Made by a program: the position numbers and the translations under genes
Part shown: positions 28,146 through 49,192 of the stretch, one piece after another
How the letters are laid out: each line of letters begins with the position of its first letter
Numbering within the stretch: the stretch's first letter is position 1
NCBI GenBank assembly: GCA_010909165.1
Contig: VJWM01000178.1
Coordinates: 1-64,000, forward strand
Length of the DNA: 64,000 nt
Reading direction: 5' to 3'
Source: Anthoceros angustus
Lineage: Eukaryota; Plantae; Anthocerotophyta
Notes under the pieces: generated by a model
Seen by the model: only the letters and a program-made list of their open reading frames with translations
Told to the model about the DNA's origin: nothing
Database searches by the model: none

Positions 28146-30264
28146 GATTACAACTATGAGAGAGAATCTTTGTATGCTACACAATAGAATTGGAGAACTA
28201 GCTATGACGAGAGAGTCTTAATGAAGAAGTGTAATTGAGAACAATGCAAGTCAAACAACCTACAAATAGACCTCCTGTGAGGGACATATATAGTACATTC
28301 GAAAGGCGGTTTCTCGATCACTACAACATAATGTCGATGTAACATAATATTACCGAAAACTCCTATGTAAAAGAAATGTTTATTTTATCCATAAAAATGG
28401 TATGACTTTTCCAATTGAGTTAAAAGAATTATATAAGTATCCAATTAGGAAAAAAAAAACCTCTCAAGTATTTACACAATCATATACATACAATATTTAG
28501 GTTTTTATAAGTAATATATGTATCCATGATCAGACTTGATGATTGATTGATTGATTTTGTTACAAGCTGCAGATCTCTCCTTAAGGAAAACCAACGTGCC
28601 TTATGCAAGGTAGGGGTTGAAAGCACCGTAACCTGAAGTATTTAGTGAAAAAACCAAATAGTGCAGTATGCTATTGCTAACCCATTCATGAGTAACTGGA
28701 CCTTGTGCAATACTTTTGACTCATAGAATTTGAAAGATGTCACACCGTGGGTAGCTGGATGAAAGTTTGAACATGAGCATAAATTTCTAGCCATGTCCTC
28801 CATGTAGCAATTGTGCAGGTGTATAAGCACCTCAAAAACCCACAAGCCAATTGCAATTATTGATTGTGTAGGGCTAAATTCCCTAGTGAGGTAGGAGCCG
28901 TGTTAACAAAGAAACTGGAATTGTGGAATCACATATATATGTAGATCTTGCTGCAGCCTCCGATCCCTCTAACCCTTCAATGGACATGTCTTTCAAGGAA
29001 GCTATGGTCACATTAGACTTTCATACTTTACTAGCTTGTTCACCCCTTCAATGGACATGTCTTTCAAGGAAGCTATGGTCACATTAGACTTTCACACTTT
29101 ACTAGCTTGTTCACCCCTTCAATGGACATGTCTTTCAAGGAAGCTATGGTCACATTAGACTTTCATACTTTACTAGCTTGTTCACGTGCACCGATGCCTT
29201 GAGCGCACACCCGCCATCATACCTAGGACAATGGTATTCAAGCTCATCGTGGATGCACACTCACTCACACCTTCTGCGCACTGGACAAGCCGCTGTCCAT
29301 GAGATGCACACACATGGCGATCGGACAACCACGTCTGCCGTAGGCAAACTACCGTCCCTATGACCTATTTGGAGGCGTGAGGCATCACTAATTTCCCTAT
29401 CTACTACTTATATCCTAGTTATCCTTGGGCTTTGGCAAAATGCCTCTATTTACCTATCTGTTGTATGTATTTATGTGCCTTACGCTTGCTTATGTCTTAG
29501 GCTTTGGCAATTGCCCTTGGGCTTTGGCAATTGCTCTTGCTCTTCCGCCATATGCTATATCTATGTAGGCCTATTGACAAAGGCCTATGTGTAATTTCTT
29601 CCGTAAAGAAGAGTCCAAAAGTAGGTATATATATATATTGATTAAAATTCACTCTTAAAATGAATAATTGTATGCTATGTCTATATATGTGAGTATAAGT
29701 AGGTACTCTACATATCAAAGCTAAAGTTAGTCCATTAGCAAATGCAATCTGGTTATTACATGCGAGCTGCCGATTTGGTAATGCAAAAGGAACCTCTAAC
29801 TATTTGAGGCGTCCTAACTAATAAAGGTGCTAACTATTTTATTCTTCAAAACGCTCCATGTCTCTCCACCTTGCCTGCCATCTAGAATCTCCAATATGGT
29901 GGTGCCTAACGTAATCTCGGTTATTACACGCAGGCAACTGCCGATTTGGTAATCCAAAAGGAGGTGCTAACTATTTGAGGCGTCCTACCTATTAGAGGTG
30001 CTAACTATTTCATTCTTCAAAACTGTCCTTTTCATGTCTCTCCATGTTCTTGCCTGGCATCTAGAATCTCCACTCCAGTGGTGCCCATTTGTGGTCGTAA
30101 TGTAACGCAATTCCTCCGATGTTGGCTACAGGCTACAGGCTGCATCGGGCGTGTGGGCGCTGTAATTGGGTGGTCTACTTGTTGCAGCCTGCCACTAATT
30201 GGAGATAAGGTTGTTAGGCCAGCGTTGCGTACGTAGTGAGAGCGATATCACCGGCTCAATGACC

Positions 30265-33530
<3,266 letters not shown>

Positions 33531-33862
33531 AGTAGTCTATCAATGTTGAAGTATATGCCAATGCCTAGTGGGAGCAAGTTGACCACCCTTCATTCTGTCG
33601 CACCCAGAGGCTGCATGGACCCACAATTTGCCTCTAGTGCTCAGCTGTTGCATTTGCCCCAGGGAAAGTATGTAGGCCACTGAGATCTCTCAGGTTGACT
33701 TCATGGAGCCACAAAACTGTTTGGCATGTCCACAATTTAGTTTGTCCTCCACAGCTGCATAACTTTGTTTGGAAGGCACCTACCGTACCTTGCCATTTTG
33801 GTGCATGTATGAATGTAAAACAACATGTATGAATGTTCCACTACCTACTACCCTTCCTTTCC

Positions 33863-34880
33863 TCAACTGGATTGTCGTGGAGGTGGAGCCTCCAGGCCTT
33901 GGTATCGAAGTCTCTTTCTTCTCAAGATCGAATTCGTCAGCCAGTACAGGCCAAAGCAATGCCAACCCCTGTTGCAGTGCGTCTGCTGCCGAGCTTTCGA
34001 CAAACGATAGCCGCTCCAAAACTTGCTCACCATTCCAAACATCAGGACTGGAGGCTTCGGATGTCAGACCTTTGAACTCGTTAATGCTTAGGCCCTGAAA
34101 TGCCCAGCTGATGTCCCTGTGGCATCCATCTGAATATTTGGGGTGTGTATTCGAGTCGACATAGTAGCCACCGAAGACGTTGAAGACTGTCATGAGCGAA
34201 TGGCCCAACTAGCTGCCATGGCTGCCTCCGAAGTGGGCACGATGGCTCCCACTGCCGATCCCATTGCAGTTGCTGCAGATGCCTCCACTGTCACAAGACC
34301 CGCAAATTCATTGTTGTGTTTGTAGCTGCCACCTGCAATAGCCCCATGCGATCTTGTATAGATTTCTGCAGGAGTCCCATCCCCAGAAGATAGAGCCGAA
34401 GATGATACCCGAGCTTATGGCCATACTACCCTTAATTATCCACCGAGTTCGGCAACTGGAGGTCGGACGCGAACGTCACGGTATCCCTCACAGTGAGCTG
34501 CGAGAAGAAGAGATCATCTTGCCTGACATACGCAACCTTGAGGCCTGAGTGAGCATCTGCAGCAGTACCGCAATTAATCGACACCAATCCACTCCAGCCG
34601 TTACGTAGCTTGCTGGAGCCAGCCAGCTGCCTCGCCAGCACATTCAGCTGAGACATTTCCGTGCACATCCTTGAGCAGATGCTTCACTGACTGACTGACT
34701 GCCCTTGCTTGTCCACAAGGACGCAGCTCATCGCCTCCCTCTCCAGGGTCACAGGCCTCTCAGAACTGCTCCGCCGCTCCCGCCTGGCCTTCCGAGCCCT
34801 TGCTTGAAGCCTCCTGCTCCCCCGCCGCAAGCCCAGCGGCTCCTGCCGCTAGCAGCCCAAGGCCATAGCCGCTCGCATGG
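33863..34880 (-). pseudogene. ABCG7: ABCG7-like deleted fragment, copy 2
   Basis: ORFs 34432-34668 (LNVLARQL...VAYVRQDDLFFSQLTVRDTVTFASDLQLP) and 33780-34208 (SLMTVFNVFGGYYV...WAFQGLSINEFKGL...GEQVLERLSF). Confidence 0.8.
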
Positions 34881-37035
34881 CCCGTGCTCCAGCAGCCTAA
34901 GGACAAACAAGCCAAGCCAACGGCACACGGATTATGGTTTATTAGCTGACTACCAACACACGCAGCGCATTCATGCCTCACCACATTCTCGTCACAAGTT
35001 CCTGCACTTCTCACCAACCGCTTGCTTCTCTTCAGCCTTCGTCATTCGCGCGCTGCCGCCAAGCCTAACCTCTACGCACAACAACTTTGTGCTTATAATT
35101 ATATACACGGAAATGGAGCCAATAGGACTTGCAGGAATGACATGCAACTTTCAGATTTTGATGATGAATCCAGCAGGGAATGACATTTGTCCTCCTCTCA
35201 CAGCCAACACTGCAATGTTCAGCCTTCTCCAGTTGGCGGTTTCGCTCCATCGCGTGCACAGGGATTGAAAAAGCATTTACCAAGGCATGGAAATGTACTT
35301 GGTACCAAAACGAAACTCTGGCATCAACATGCTCAGAACATGCCTCCTAACTTCCCAGCATATGCCGCACGGTTGTAACATGGAGCTCTGAGCGCGTGAC
35401 GTAGCTCAGGGCAAGGTCCTGACTTTCCAGTCAGTCTTCGGGCCGGATCTCTTACAGATTTGCTCGAGATTTCACAAACCCACTAAAGCGAACCCATATA
35501 GGGAGAGCATCCAACTAGGCATCAAAGAGTTGGGAGAGAAGACCACGTCAATTGTTGCTTTTAATAGGCATGTACGCATGTCTCTTGGGAGAGCATGAGA
35601 TTTAGCTAGTAAGTTGGGACGTTTGTTCAGAGCCCTTTGAGCAGACCTGCTTTCACAACTTACTAACTAAAACTCACCTCCCCATGCTCTGAGGGGCAGG
35701 CATTAGCCTTGGCTACTGTCGGAAACAATTACAGGGCCAGCTCGAATTCTGGCCCTAACGGTGTCAGCAAAATCTTTAGCTCAGCCACTCTACCGGCCAG
35801 TGGCCAACAAAGTTGGCCGCAACTTGTTATTCACAGGGGCGTCCACAGACTGTTGCTTATCCGCCTGGCAGAGCCTCGCAGCATGCCTCTTGCCAAAAAC
35901 ACGATGACTGGAACCTTGCTCAGACCACGTACGTGGTCCGTCACTCATGTACAGGTGGGAAATTTTCCGCAGTATCCCTGAAAGACTGCAAAGAGAGATA
36001 GAGTTAACATCATGATCATTTGCCTCTTACCACCTTCGGTGATGTCCACATTATCACACACCCCAGTAGCTCTGCAAGCACAACAGTGAAAAGAAGACGA
36101 GACAGGAGAAACGTACCAGATTTTTCTAAACTAGGCTCATATAAGCTAGTGAAGTTTGTTCTATCCCCAATCCTAGAACATTAATCGTTTTGCTGCAGCC
36201 TCTAGCATGGTTAACTTCAAGACAAACCACACTCGTTATCGCATCTAAATTACGGTATGTTCTATAGGGTCCAAGGATTAGCTTCTAAATTACCCTTTGG
36301 ACATACGTGCAAATTGATAGCATCGTAATGAACCTTGTCCAAGATCTTCCTTTCACATATCTAGAGTTCTATTGCAAGAATTGGTGTAATGATTTATTTG
36401 CCCTCATGCAAATCATATATGTTTCTTTTCTTTGAGGAATATAGTCATTGTCCAATATTTTCCTCTTTCTTGGGGCTTTGTCTTCCAAGCTTAAGGCATA
36501 TGGATGATCACTTTGTTATTGATCAAAAGCATGGCTAGGTGAAGGCTTTGTCTTCCAAGGCATGTGGATGATCACTTTGTTATTGATCAAGAGCATGCCT
36601 AGGTTGTTCACCGAAAGAACTCTATAGGAACACTACTTCTACGCGTGTTGCATATTTGAAATTCCACATAGACTCTACTACTATGCCTCTTGCGTGTTTG
36701 AAATTCCACAGAGGAACATATGTAAAGAGACGTTATGCTTTCAATATACTTGTGGAATTTACAATCGATCTATCACACATTGATGCTTTTTACAAGGTTC
36801 AGGGAAAAACGGTTTAGACCACAAAGCCCTTTAAGGCTATAGGGGTTACACTTCACCCTCCCCAAACATGACACTTTGCCTATTTTAATTTTTAAATGTT
36901 TGGGTCTTGAGTACTCCTGAAAATTGACAACAACCATAAAACTCGGGGACCGTAACAAGAAGATTGTTTAGAGTGTGATACCGCACACCGACTTTGATTT
37001 ATGCCAAAATCGGCATTTCTCCACCTACGATCATG

Positions 37036-37835
37036 CTATTTTAAACAAAAAGAAAGATCGAGTCCCGCATTTAATGTCACATTCTCCATCATCCTCCTCT
37101 TCACCGAAATAGTCGCCTTCGACATTCATAAGTGAAAACGCCTTTGATCTTGATTGTTTGTTGTGGCAGTCCCGTTCTCATCCCATCGCCATCAATTCAT
37201 TTGAGGGGCATTGCTCTTTGAGTTCTTTGTGCCTGTCCTTCTTACCCATTCGTAAACCAACTTCCTCTTAGTGGTACCGTTAGTGCAAATTTCTTTTGCC
37301 CAATTTTGAAACCCCTCTTGTAAACTTCTGTTGTGGTCTTCTCATCGACATCGGAAGTTGCTCAAGGCTCACCCTCCTGGAATGTACATGGCACACCGGG
37401 TCATTTTCTATGGCCACAACATTCCTCCCTCTTGATGGCGCCACAGTCATCGGACCCGCAAGCATCTACCACCAGTCCTTCTCATTCTTGAACATGTTAA
37501 CGAGCATGCTCATCAATCCACATGGCTTTTGATATGGGCAAACCAACTGCTTAGCATGAAAATGTTCACGGTCCTTCTTGATAACTCGGGAAGAACATCG
37601 GTCGAATCGCCTTTGCAAATAGAGAGGCCCAGGCTCATTCGATATACTCCTACTCACGATGTTGATGAACTCCAGCTCCACTATTCACGTGTTCGGGGAA
37701 TATTTATTTTCCCGGACCAAAGTTTGAATCGCCCTTCCGCATGGCAGGCCTCCCTGTGACAGGTCATCCATGCCATGCATAAGAATGACTCTAAAAACAT
37801 CGACGATGAGACCTCTTGGGCTTGCTTGGAAATAT
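37036..37835 (-). pseudogene. 5'-truncated beta-class N4-C/N6-A DNA methyltransferase-like gene, copy 3
   Basis: ORF 37466-37681 LEFINIVSR...AKQLVCPYQKPCGLMSMLVNMFKNEKDW and ORF 37280-37465 SRGRNVVAIENDPVC. Confidence 0.65.
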
Positions 37836-37837
37836 GC

Positions 37838-39165
37838 GACGCCAACTCGATCGCATATAAAACATGTTATATTGAATTATGAGAATTTACTTCCAAATGT
37901 TTTGTATTTGCAACTCGACAACACGACACGTGAAAATACGCTGCCTATTTGCCTACCTTAACATGTTGGTCTCATTGCCGCCTTTGAGAAGATCAAGGTA
38001 GGCTTCCTCCTTGTTGGGCACACCATGATCAGTAGACCAAATGTTCTCCAGTTTTCGATTGTGCTAAGGCATAAGGAGGCTTTTACCTTGCCCAAACTCA
38101 CCTTTGTGTTGGAAAATGCTTATACTCCAAACCCGCATTGTATTGGTACCAAGTTCCCGATTTTAGAAGGTATGTTTGGCCCATCCCTAATAGTAGGGCT
38201 GGCTACCAATGGGTAGATGCGATAGTTGCACAACATCTCTTTTAGTATCAGTTCAAAATAACTCGAGAGGAGAGGGAGGACCGCGGTTTCATTACGGTGA
38301 TGCGAGGTAAACAATATTCAACAGATAATTCGATCCACCAATGAAGGCCTCGAGTTTCTTGAAGCATGTGCTAGAAGGACCAATTTTGCTGCCCCAATGT
38401 CTTTGGAAGTAAGGAGCAAAAAGCACTTGCTGAAGGAAGAGATCTTGAAAGGTTGTTATCGATTATCCGGGCCAAGTTGGAGGAGAAATTAAAAGACATT
38501 TTGGCAAATAAGATGTGTGGTGGGAATCGTTTTGGGAAGAACAAGAGGGCATTGTGGACATCATAAATTCAAGGTCCCTACAGAATTGAAGAATCATGGC
38601 GATGGTATAATCGAGAAGAAGCGAGATCCTGCGGCATTCTCATTCGGATGTTGAAGTCCTTCCTCATCCATTGCTGAGAAGTGCCTCGATGAGACATGTA
38701 TGTAGCTAGGTGCAGTCCTTGCAAGAATGATGCAACAAATCGTCCTTTTGGATTGCGAAGGTGCCTCACATAGATTTCGAAAGTGCGAATCACCTTTCAT
38801 GAAAGGTCACCGTGGGTGACACAAAACATAGATGCTTTTGAAGGAAGCTACATGGAAGAGATGATATTGCCGGACGAAGTGCTTAGAGGCTACAAGGCGT
38901 TGCGGGTGAGCCACTAGGCGGCAAGAAGAATGTGTCGATCGATCATTCTTGACACATTTGTTTTGGCCTATGGGTTTGAACTAACTCGAACTAACATTTG
39001 AAGGCCCAAACACGCTCAATTATTAGGCAAACCTTATGACGCTCCGCTCCGTGCAAGAAGATATGCCAATCCAGAGAACCAAGGCCGTGGAAGGCGAACA
39101 ACGACGATGATGTGGCTATTGAAGACGACACTTAGTGCCGTCGAGAGGCCTTATCAATAGGATGA
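37838..39165 (+). mobile_element. 5'-truncated Sola/DUF7869-like transposase, copy 3
   Basis: IKHVILNYENLLPNVLYLQLDNTTREN; FSIVLRHKEAFTLPKLTFVLENAYTPNP. Confidence 0.7.
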
Positions 39166-39189
39166 GGCCACATCTTCATGGTAGTTGGC

Positions 39190-42015
39190 GACTACGAATC
39201 TTGCATTTGTCAAAGAACATGGTTTAAATGCCGGACAATAAATGAAGAACAATTGTGTTTTATTAAATAGCGAGAATGGGTTTTGGCAAGGTCGCAAGAT
39301 GATGAGGGTGGTGCATTTGTATACCGATGCTAGTGCGCATTTGCATCGCAGAACTTGCGGATATGACTTTGCACCTTAAGAGTAGGATTTACATGATTTC
39401 GATGGGGGTGCGTCGACATGCGCACCCCTTAGCTTCATGTAAATCCTTTTCTTAACCGATTTACATGATTGTGACGTGGGTGGGCGGTATCACCATACAT
39501 GTACATGCGTACATGTACTTGGACACACATGAGTCGGAACATAATGGAAGGACATGAGGGATGTTGTAGAAATTTGTGCGGCTACATATTTCACATACAT
39601 GTCCAAGTCGCTCTCTCTTTAGAGTACATGTTACAACTCACAAACCATCCATGCGAGTAAATGGAATCCACCTTTGAAACCGTAAACAAGGTATGGGATT
39701 ATCCCGACAATAAAATTTAGTTTTCATGACTTCCACCGCTCGGTTGGATTGAGGGTTGGCGATTCGTGGATCCAAGCATATAGGGCCATGGTTTTCTTTG
39801 TATCTAATTTTTCACCGATTTTTACACGAAAATTGGAATGTTTTGTAGAAAAGCCCAAAATAATGGAATACGTCGTTTTCCACGGACATTGTTTTCGGTA
39901 CTAATTGACATGAATCGTGGATATCTATTGATACTACAATATATGAATTTCAAATCATCTAAGAATCCACATCTAATTCCAAATTTGAATCACAAGTAAC
40001 ATCTTACATGTACATTCACGTACATCAAAGTGGATGCAACAATACAGGAGAAACCTAGAAAAAACTAACATACGGTGACATACTAACATTATGGAACACA
40101 TATGGTACATATGTACTAAATGCGACTACACGAATCTTGCATTTGTCAAAGAACATGGTTTAAATGCCGACAATAAATGAAGAACAATTGTGTTTTATTA
40201 AATAGCGAGAATGGGTTTTGGCAAGGTCGCAAGATGATGAGGGTGGTGCATTTGTATACCGATGCTAGTGCGCATTTGCATCGCAGAACTTGCGGATATG
40301 ACTGATGACTTTGCACCTTAAGAGTAGGATTTACATGATTTTGATGGGGGTGCGTCGACATACCCGTGCACCCCCCTTAGCTTCGTGTAAATCCTTTTCT
40401 TAACCGGTTTACATGATTGTGACGTGGGTGCGCCAGTATACCGAAGTACATGTACATGCGTACATGTACTTGGACGACACACATGAGTCGGAACATAATG
40501 GAAGGACATGAGGGATGTTGTAGAAATTTGTGCGGCTACATATCCCACATACATGTCCAAGTCGTCTCTCTTTAGAGTACATGTTACAACTCACAAACCA
40601 TCCATGCGAGTAAATGGAATCCGACCTTTGAAACCGTAAACAAGGTATGGGATTATCCCGACAATAAAATTTAGTTTTCATGACTTCCACCGCTCGGTTG
40701 GATTGAGGGTTGATTCGTGGATCCAAGCATATAGGGCCATGGTTTTCTGTATCTAATTTTTCACCGATTTTTACACGAAAATTGGAATGTTTTGTAGAAA
40801 AGCCCAAAATAATGGAATACGTCGTTTTCCACGGACATTGTTTTCGGTACTAATTGACATGAATCGTGGATATCTATTGATACTACAATATATGAATTTC
40901 AAATCATCTAAGAATCCACATCTAATTCCAAATTTGAATCACAAGTAACATCTTACATGTACATTCACGTACATCAAAGTGGATGCAACAATACAGGAGA
41001 AACCTAGAAAAAACTAACATACGGTGACATACTAACATTATGGAACACATATGGTACATATGTACTAAATGCGACTACACGAATCTTGCATTTGTCAAAG
41101 AACATGGTTTAAATGCCGACAATAAATGAAGAACAATTGTGTTTTATTAAATAGCGAGAATGGGTTTTGGCAAGGTCGCAAGATGATGAGGGTGGTGCAT
41201 TTGTATACCGATGCTAGTGCGCATTTGCATCGCAGAACTTGCGGATATGATGACGACTTTGCACCTTAAGAGTAGGATTTACATGATTTGATGGGGGTGC
41301 GTCGACATGCCGCACCCCCAGCTTCATGTAAATCCTTTTCTTAACCGGTTTACATGATTGTGACGTGGGTGGGCGGTATACCGAAGTACATGTACATGCG
41401 TACATGTACTTGGACGACACACATGAGTCGGAACATAATGGAAGGACATGAGGGATGTTGTAGAAATTTGTGCGGCTACATATTTCACATACATGTCCAA
41501 GTCGTCTCTCTTTAGAGTACATGTTACAACTCACAAACCATCCCATGCGAGTAAATGGAATCCGACCTTTGAAACCGTAAACAAGGTATGGGATTATCCC
41601 GACAATAAAATTTAGTTTTCATGACTTCCACCGCTCGGTTGGATTGAGGGTTGATTCGTGGATCCAAGCATATAGGGCCATGGTTTTCTGTATCTAATTT
41701 TTCACCGATTTTTACACGAAAAATTGGAATGTTTTGTAGAAAAGCCCAAAATAATGGAATACGTCGTTTTCCACGGACATTGTTTTCGGTACTAATTGAC
41801 ATGAATCGTGGATATCTATTGATACTACAATATATGAATTTCAAATCATCTAAGAATCCACATCTAATTCCAAATTTGAATCACAAGTAACATCTTACAT
41901 GTACATTCACATCAAAGTGGATGCAACAATACAGGAGAAACCTAGAAAAAACTAACATACGGTGACATACTAACATTATGGAACACTTATGGTACATATG
42001 TACCTAGTATGTTAG
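39190..42015 (+). repeat. ~940-bp intergenic segment triplicated in unit 3 only
   Basis: Copies start at gactac 39190/40124/41073 (periods 934 and 949; third copy 942 bp). The junction hexamer gactac is shared by both ends. Confidence 0.9.
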
Positions 42016-43508
42016 ACTACATTGACAATCGTGGGAACTTGAGGTGCTCGCGTAGTGTTTTCTTCATTTGGAACAATCTTCTTCCAAAACCAATGCTCTC
42101 CAAATGTGGTGCATGTCATCTATGTGAACACCATTAGTTTTCAAGAAGAAATAGATGAAGATAGTCATGATAAGTACCCAACTGCGAAGAAAAAGAATAT
42201 GCCATCAAGATGACATAGCATGCTCAAAAAGGCTTGGGCGATTATGAGCGTGAAGAGCATGTTCATAGAAACATTGATAGCTTGACTGTTGAACGAGTTT
42301 CCATGGGAAAAATCTCACTAGGAACAAGCCACCCAAGTGGTCCCCATGACCAAGCAAAAGTGCTACATATGTGCGATAACAATGATGACGCCGATCGCAG
42401 CACCGTGAGATAATTGTTTTGTACCACCAAATAAGCAAGCAAGAATGATGCCAATAATCATGAGAGGTTATCATTTGTATGCCTCCTTGTAAGAACAATT
42501 TTTCACGTCCAATCCACATCGTTGCTATAGAAACAAGAGTTGCTACGGTTAACTCACGAAATCACGAGGAATAAAGAGATGCCTTGCTACCAAAGCCAAT
42601 TGTCTGGAACAACACAGGGGCATAAAACATAATCGCATTTATTCCTGTAAACTGTTGAAATAAAGGAATAAGTAAAGTCATCACAAGTTGTGGACGATTT
42701 TTCCTTTCCAATATGCTCTTGTATGGTTTCTCCACAAGCTTGGATCGCAAACTTGCTGCCAGAATATCCTCAAACTCTTGCTCAACTTCAAAAAGTTCAA
42801 TGCCTCTAGTTCTACGAAGAACTCTCTTTCCTGCTGCCAAATGACCTCTTTCAATCAAACTGTTTGGCGTGTCTGGAAGGAAGAAGCTGCCTGTCAACAT
42901 CAACCCCGCTGGGATGGCAGCTAATCCAAGTGACCATTTCCAACCATTAGAAATTGTCGCCATATGATAGTTGATGAGTCCAGCAACAAGGATACCTATA
43001 GTGATAGCCAATTGGAACATCATGTTCAAAGCTCCTCGTAGATGAGCGAGCCATTTCGAGAGATATAGAGGAACCGGATTCCCAAACCCAACTCCTACTC
43101 CTAATAAAATTCTTCCAATAATCAACATTTCTATGTTGGCAAATCCATTCAAAAGGGCACCACACAAGAAGGCATTGTACAATGCGAATAGATGAAATCC
43201 TTCCATAGTTTCTACTAATGTAGATGCCACGAAGGAGGCCAAAAGAGCGAGATAAAGAGACGATGTGAAAAATTGAAGAACGTGATTATCATATTTACAA
43301 TAATCATCTTCATGTGCCAATTGTTTGCGGGCATAAACATTAGGAAAGAATTTCTTGAGGAAATCATCCATCCAGTTACCCACGGATATACCAATGTCAT
43401 ATCCAAATATCAAGCCGCCACTAGCGGCTACAATACATTCGGCTAAACCAAGTGAGATGCCCAACATCTGCCTCCCATGACTTTCCACAACCGCACCCCT
43501 CCAGCCAT
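42012..43508 (-). CDS. STP: STP sugar transporter, copy 3
   Basis: 308-aa ORF 42562-43488: [18 protein letters not shown]...[18 protein letters not shown]...[13 protein letters not shown]...[11 protein letters not shown]...[18 protein letters not shown]. Confidence 0.85.
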
Positions 43509-45591
43509 GATTACAACTATGAGAGAGAATCTTTGTATGCGGTTACACAATAGAATTGAGAACTAGCTATGACGAGAGTCTTAATGAAGAAGTGTAATTG
43601 AGAACAATGCAAGTCAAACAACCTACAAATAGACCTCCTTTGAGGGACATATATAGTACATTCGAAAGGCGGTTTCTCGATCACTACAACATAATGTCGA
43701 TGTAACATAATATTACTGCTATGTAAAAGAAATGTTTATTTTGTCCATAAAATGGTACGACTTTTCCAAGCGAGTTAAAAGAATTATATAAGTATCCAAT
43801 TAGGAAAAAAAACCTCTCAAGTATTTACGCAATCATATATATACAATATTTAGGTTTTATAAGTAATATATGTATCCATGATCGACTTGATGATTGATTG
43901 ATTGATTTTGTTACAAGTCGCAGATCTCTCATAAGGAAAACCAACGTGCCCTATGCAAGGTAGAAAGCACCGTAACAAGTATTTAGTGAAAAAACCAAAT
44001 AGTGCGGTATGCTATTGCTAACCCATTCATGAGTAATCGGACCTTGTGTAATACTTTTGACTCGAATTTGAAAGATGTCACACCGTAGTAGATGAACATG
44101 AGCATAAATTTACGCCATGTCCTCCATGTAGCAATTGTACAGTGTATAAGCACCGAGAAACCCACAAGCCAATTATTGATTGTGTAGGGCTAAATTCCCT
44201 AGTAAGGTAGGAGCCGTGTTAACAAAGAAACCGGAATTGTGGAATCACATATATATGTAGATCTTGCTGCGTATAGATCCTTCTAACCCTTCAATGGACA
44301 TGTCTTTCAAGGAAGCTATGGTCACATTAGACTTTCATACTTTACTAGCTTGTTCACCCCTTCAATGGACATGTCTTTCAAGGAAGCTATGGTCACATTA
44401 GACTTTCACACTTTACTAGCTTGTTCACCCCTTCAATGGACATGTCTTTCAAGGAAGCTATGGTCACATTAGACTTTCATACTTTACTAGCTTGTTCATC
44501 ACTGTTGCATTGCACGCGCTCTTGAGCGCACACCATCATACCTAGGACAATGGTATTACTGCTCGGATCGTGGATGCACACTCTCGGCTCACACCTTGGC
44601 ACTACCGGACAAGCCACCGCTGTCCATGAGATGCACACACATGGCGATCGGACAACTCGTCGACGCAAACTACCGTCCCTATGACCTATTTGGAGAACGC
44701 GTGAGGCACATCACTAATTTCCTATCTACTACTTATATCCTAGTTATCCTTGGGCTTTGGCAAAATGCCTCTATTTACCTATCTTGTATGTATTTATGTG
44801 CCTTGCTTTATGTCTTAGGCTTTGGCAATTGCCCTTGGGCTTTGGCAATTGCTCTTGCTCTTCCCGCCTATATATGCTATATCTATGTAGGCCTATTGAC
44901 AAAGGCCTATGTGTAATTTCTTCCGTAAAAGAAGAGTCCAAAAGTAGGTATATATATATATTGATTAAAATTCACTCTTAAAATGAATAATTGTATGCTA
45001 TGTCTATATATGTGAGTATAAGTAGGTACTCTACATATCAAAGCTAAAGTTAGTCCATTAGCAAATGCAATCTGGTTATTACATGCGAGGAGCTGCCGAT
45101 TTGGTAATGCAAAAGGAACCTCTAACTATTTGAGGCGTCCTAACTAATAAAGGTGCTAACTATTTTATTCTTCAAAACGCTCCATGTCTCTCCACCTTGC
45201 CTGCCATCTAGAATCTCCAATATGGTGGTGCCTAACGTAATCTCGGTTATTACACGCAGGCAACTGCCGATTTGGTAATCCAAAAGGAGGTGCTAACTAT
45301 TTGAGGCGTCCTACCTATTAGAGGTGCTAACTATTTCATTCTTCAAAACTGTCCTTTTCATGTCTCTCCATGTTCTTGCCTGGCATCTAGAATCTCCACT
45401 CCAGTGGTGCCCATTTGTGGTCGTAATGTAACGCAATTCCTCCGATGTTGGCTACAGGCTACAGGCTGCATCGGGCGGTGTGGGCGCTGTAATTGGGTGG
45501 TCTACTTGTTGCAGCCTGCCACTAATTGGAGATAAGGTTGTTAGGCCAGCGTTGCGTACGTAGTGAGAGCGATATCACCGGCTCAATGACC

Positions 45592-48860
<3,269 letters not shown>

Positions 48861-49192
48861 AGTAGTCTATCAATGTTGAAGTATATGCCAATGCCTAGTG
48901 GGAGCAAGTTGACCACCCTTCATTCTGTCGCACCCAGAGGCTGCATGGACCCACAATTTGCCTCTAGTGCTCAGCTGTTGCATTTGCCCCAGGGAAAGTA
49001 TGTAGGCCACTGAGATCTCTCAGGTTGACTTCATGGAGCCACAAAACTGTTTGGCATGTCCACAATTTAGTTTGTCCTCCACAGCTGCATAACTTTGTTT
49101 GGAAGGCACCTACCGTACCTTGCCATTTTGGTGCATGTATGAATGTAAAACAACATGTATGAATGTTCCACTACCTACTACCCTTCCTTTCC

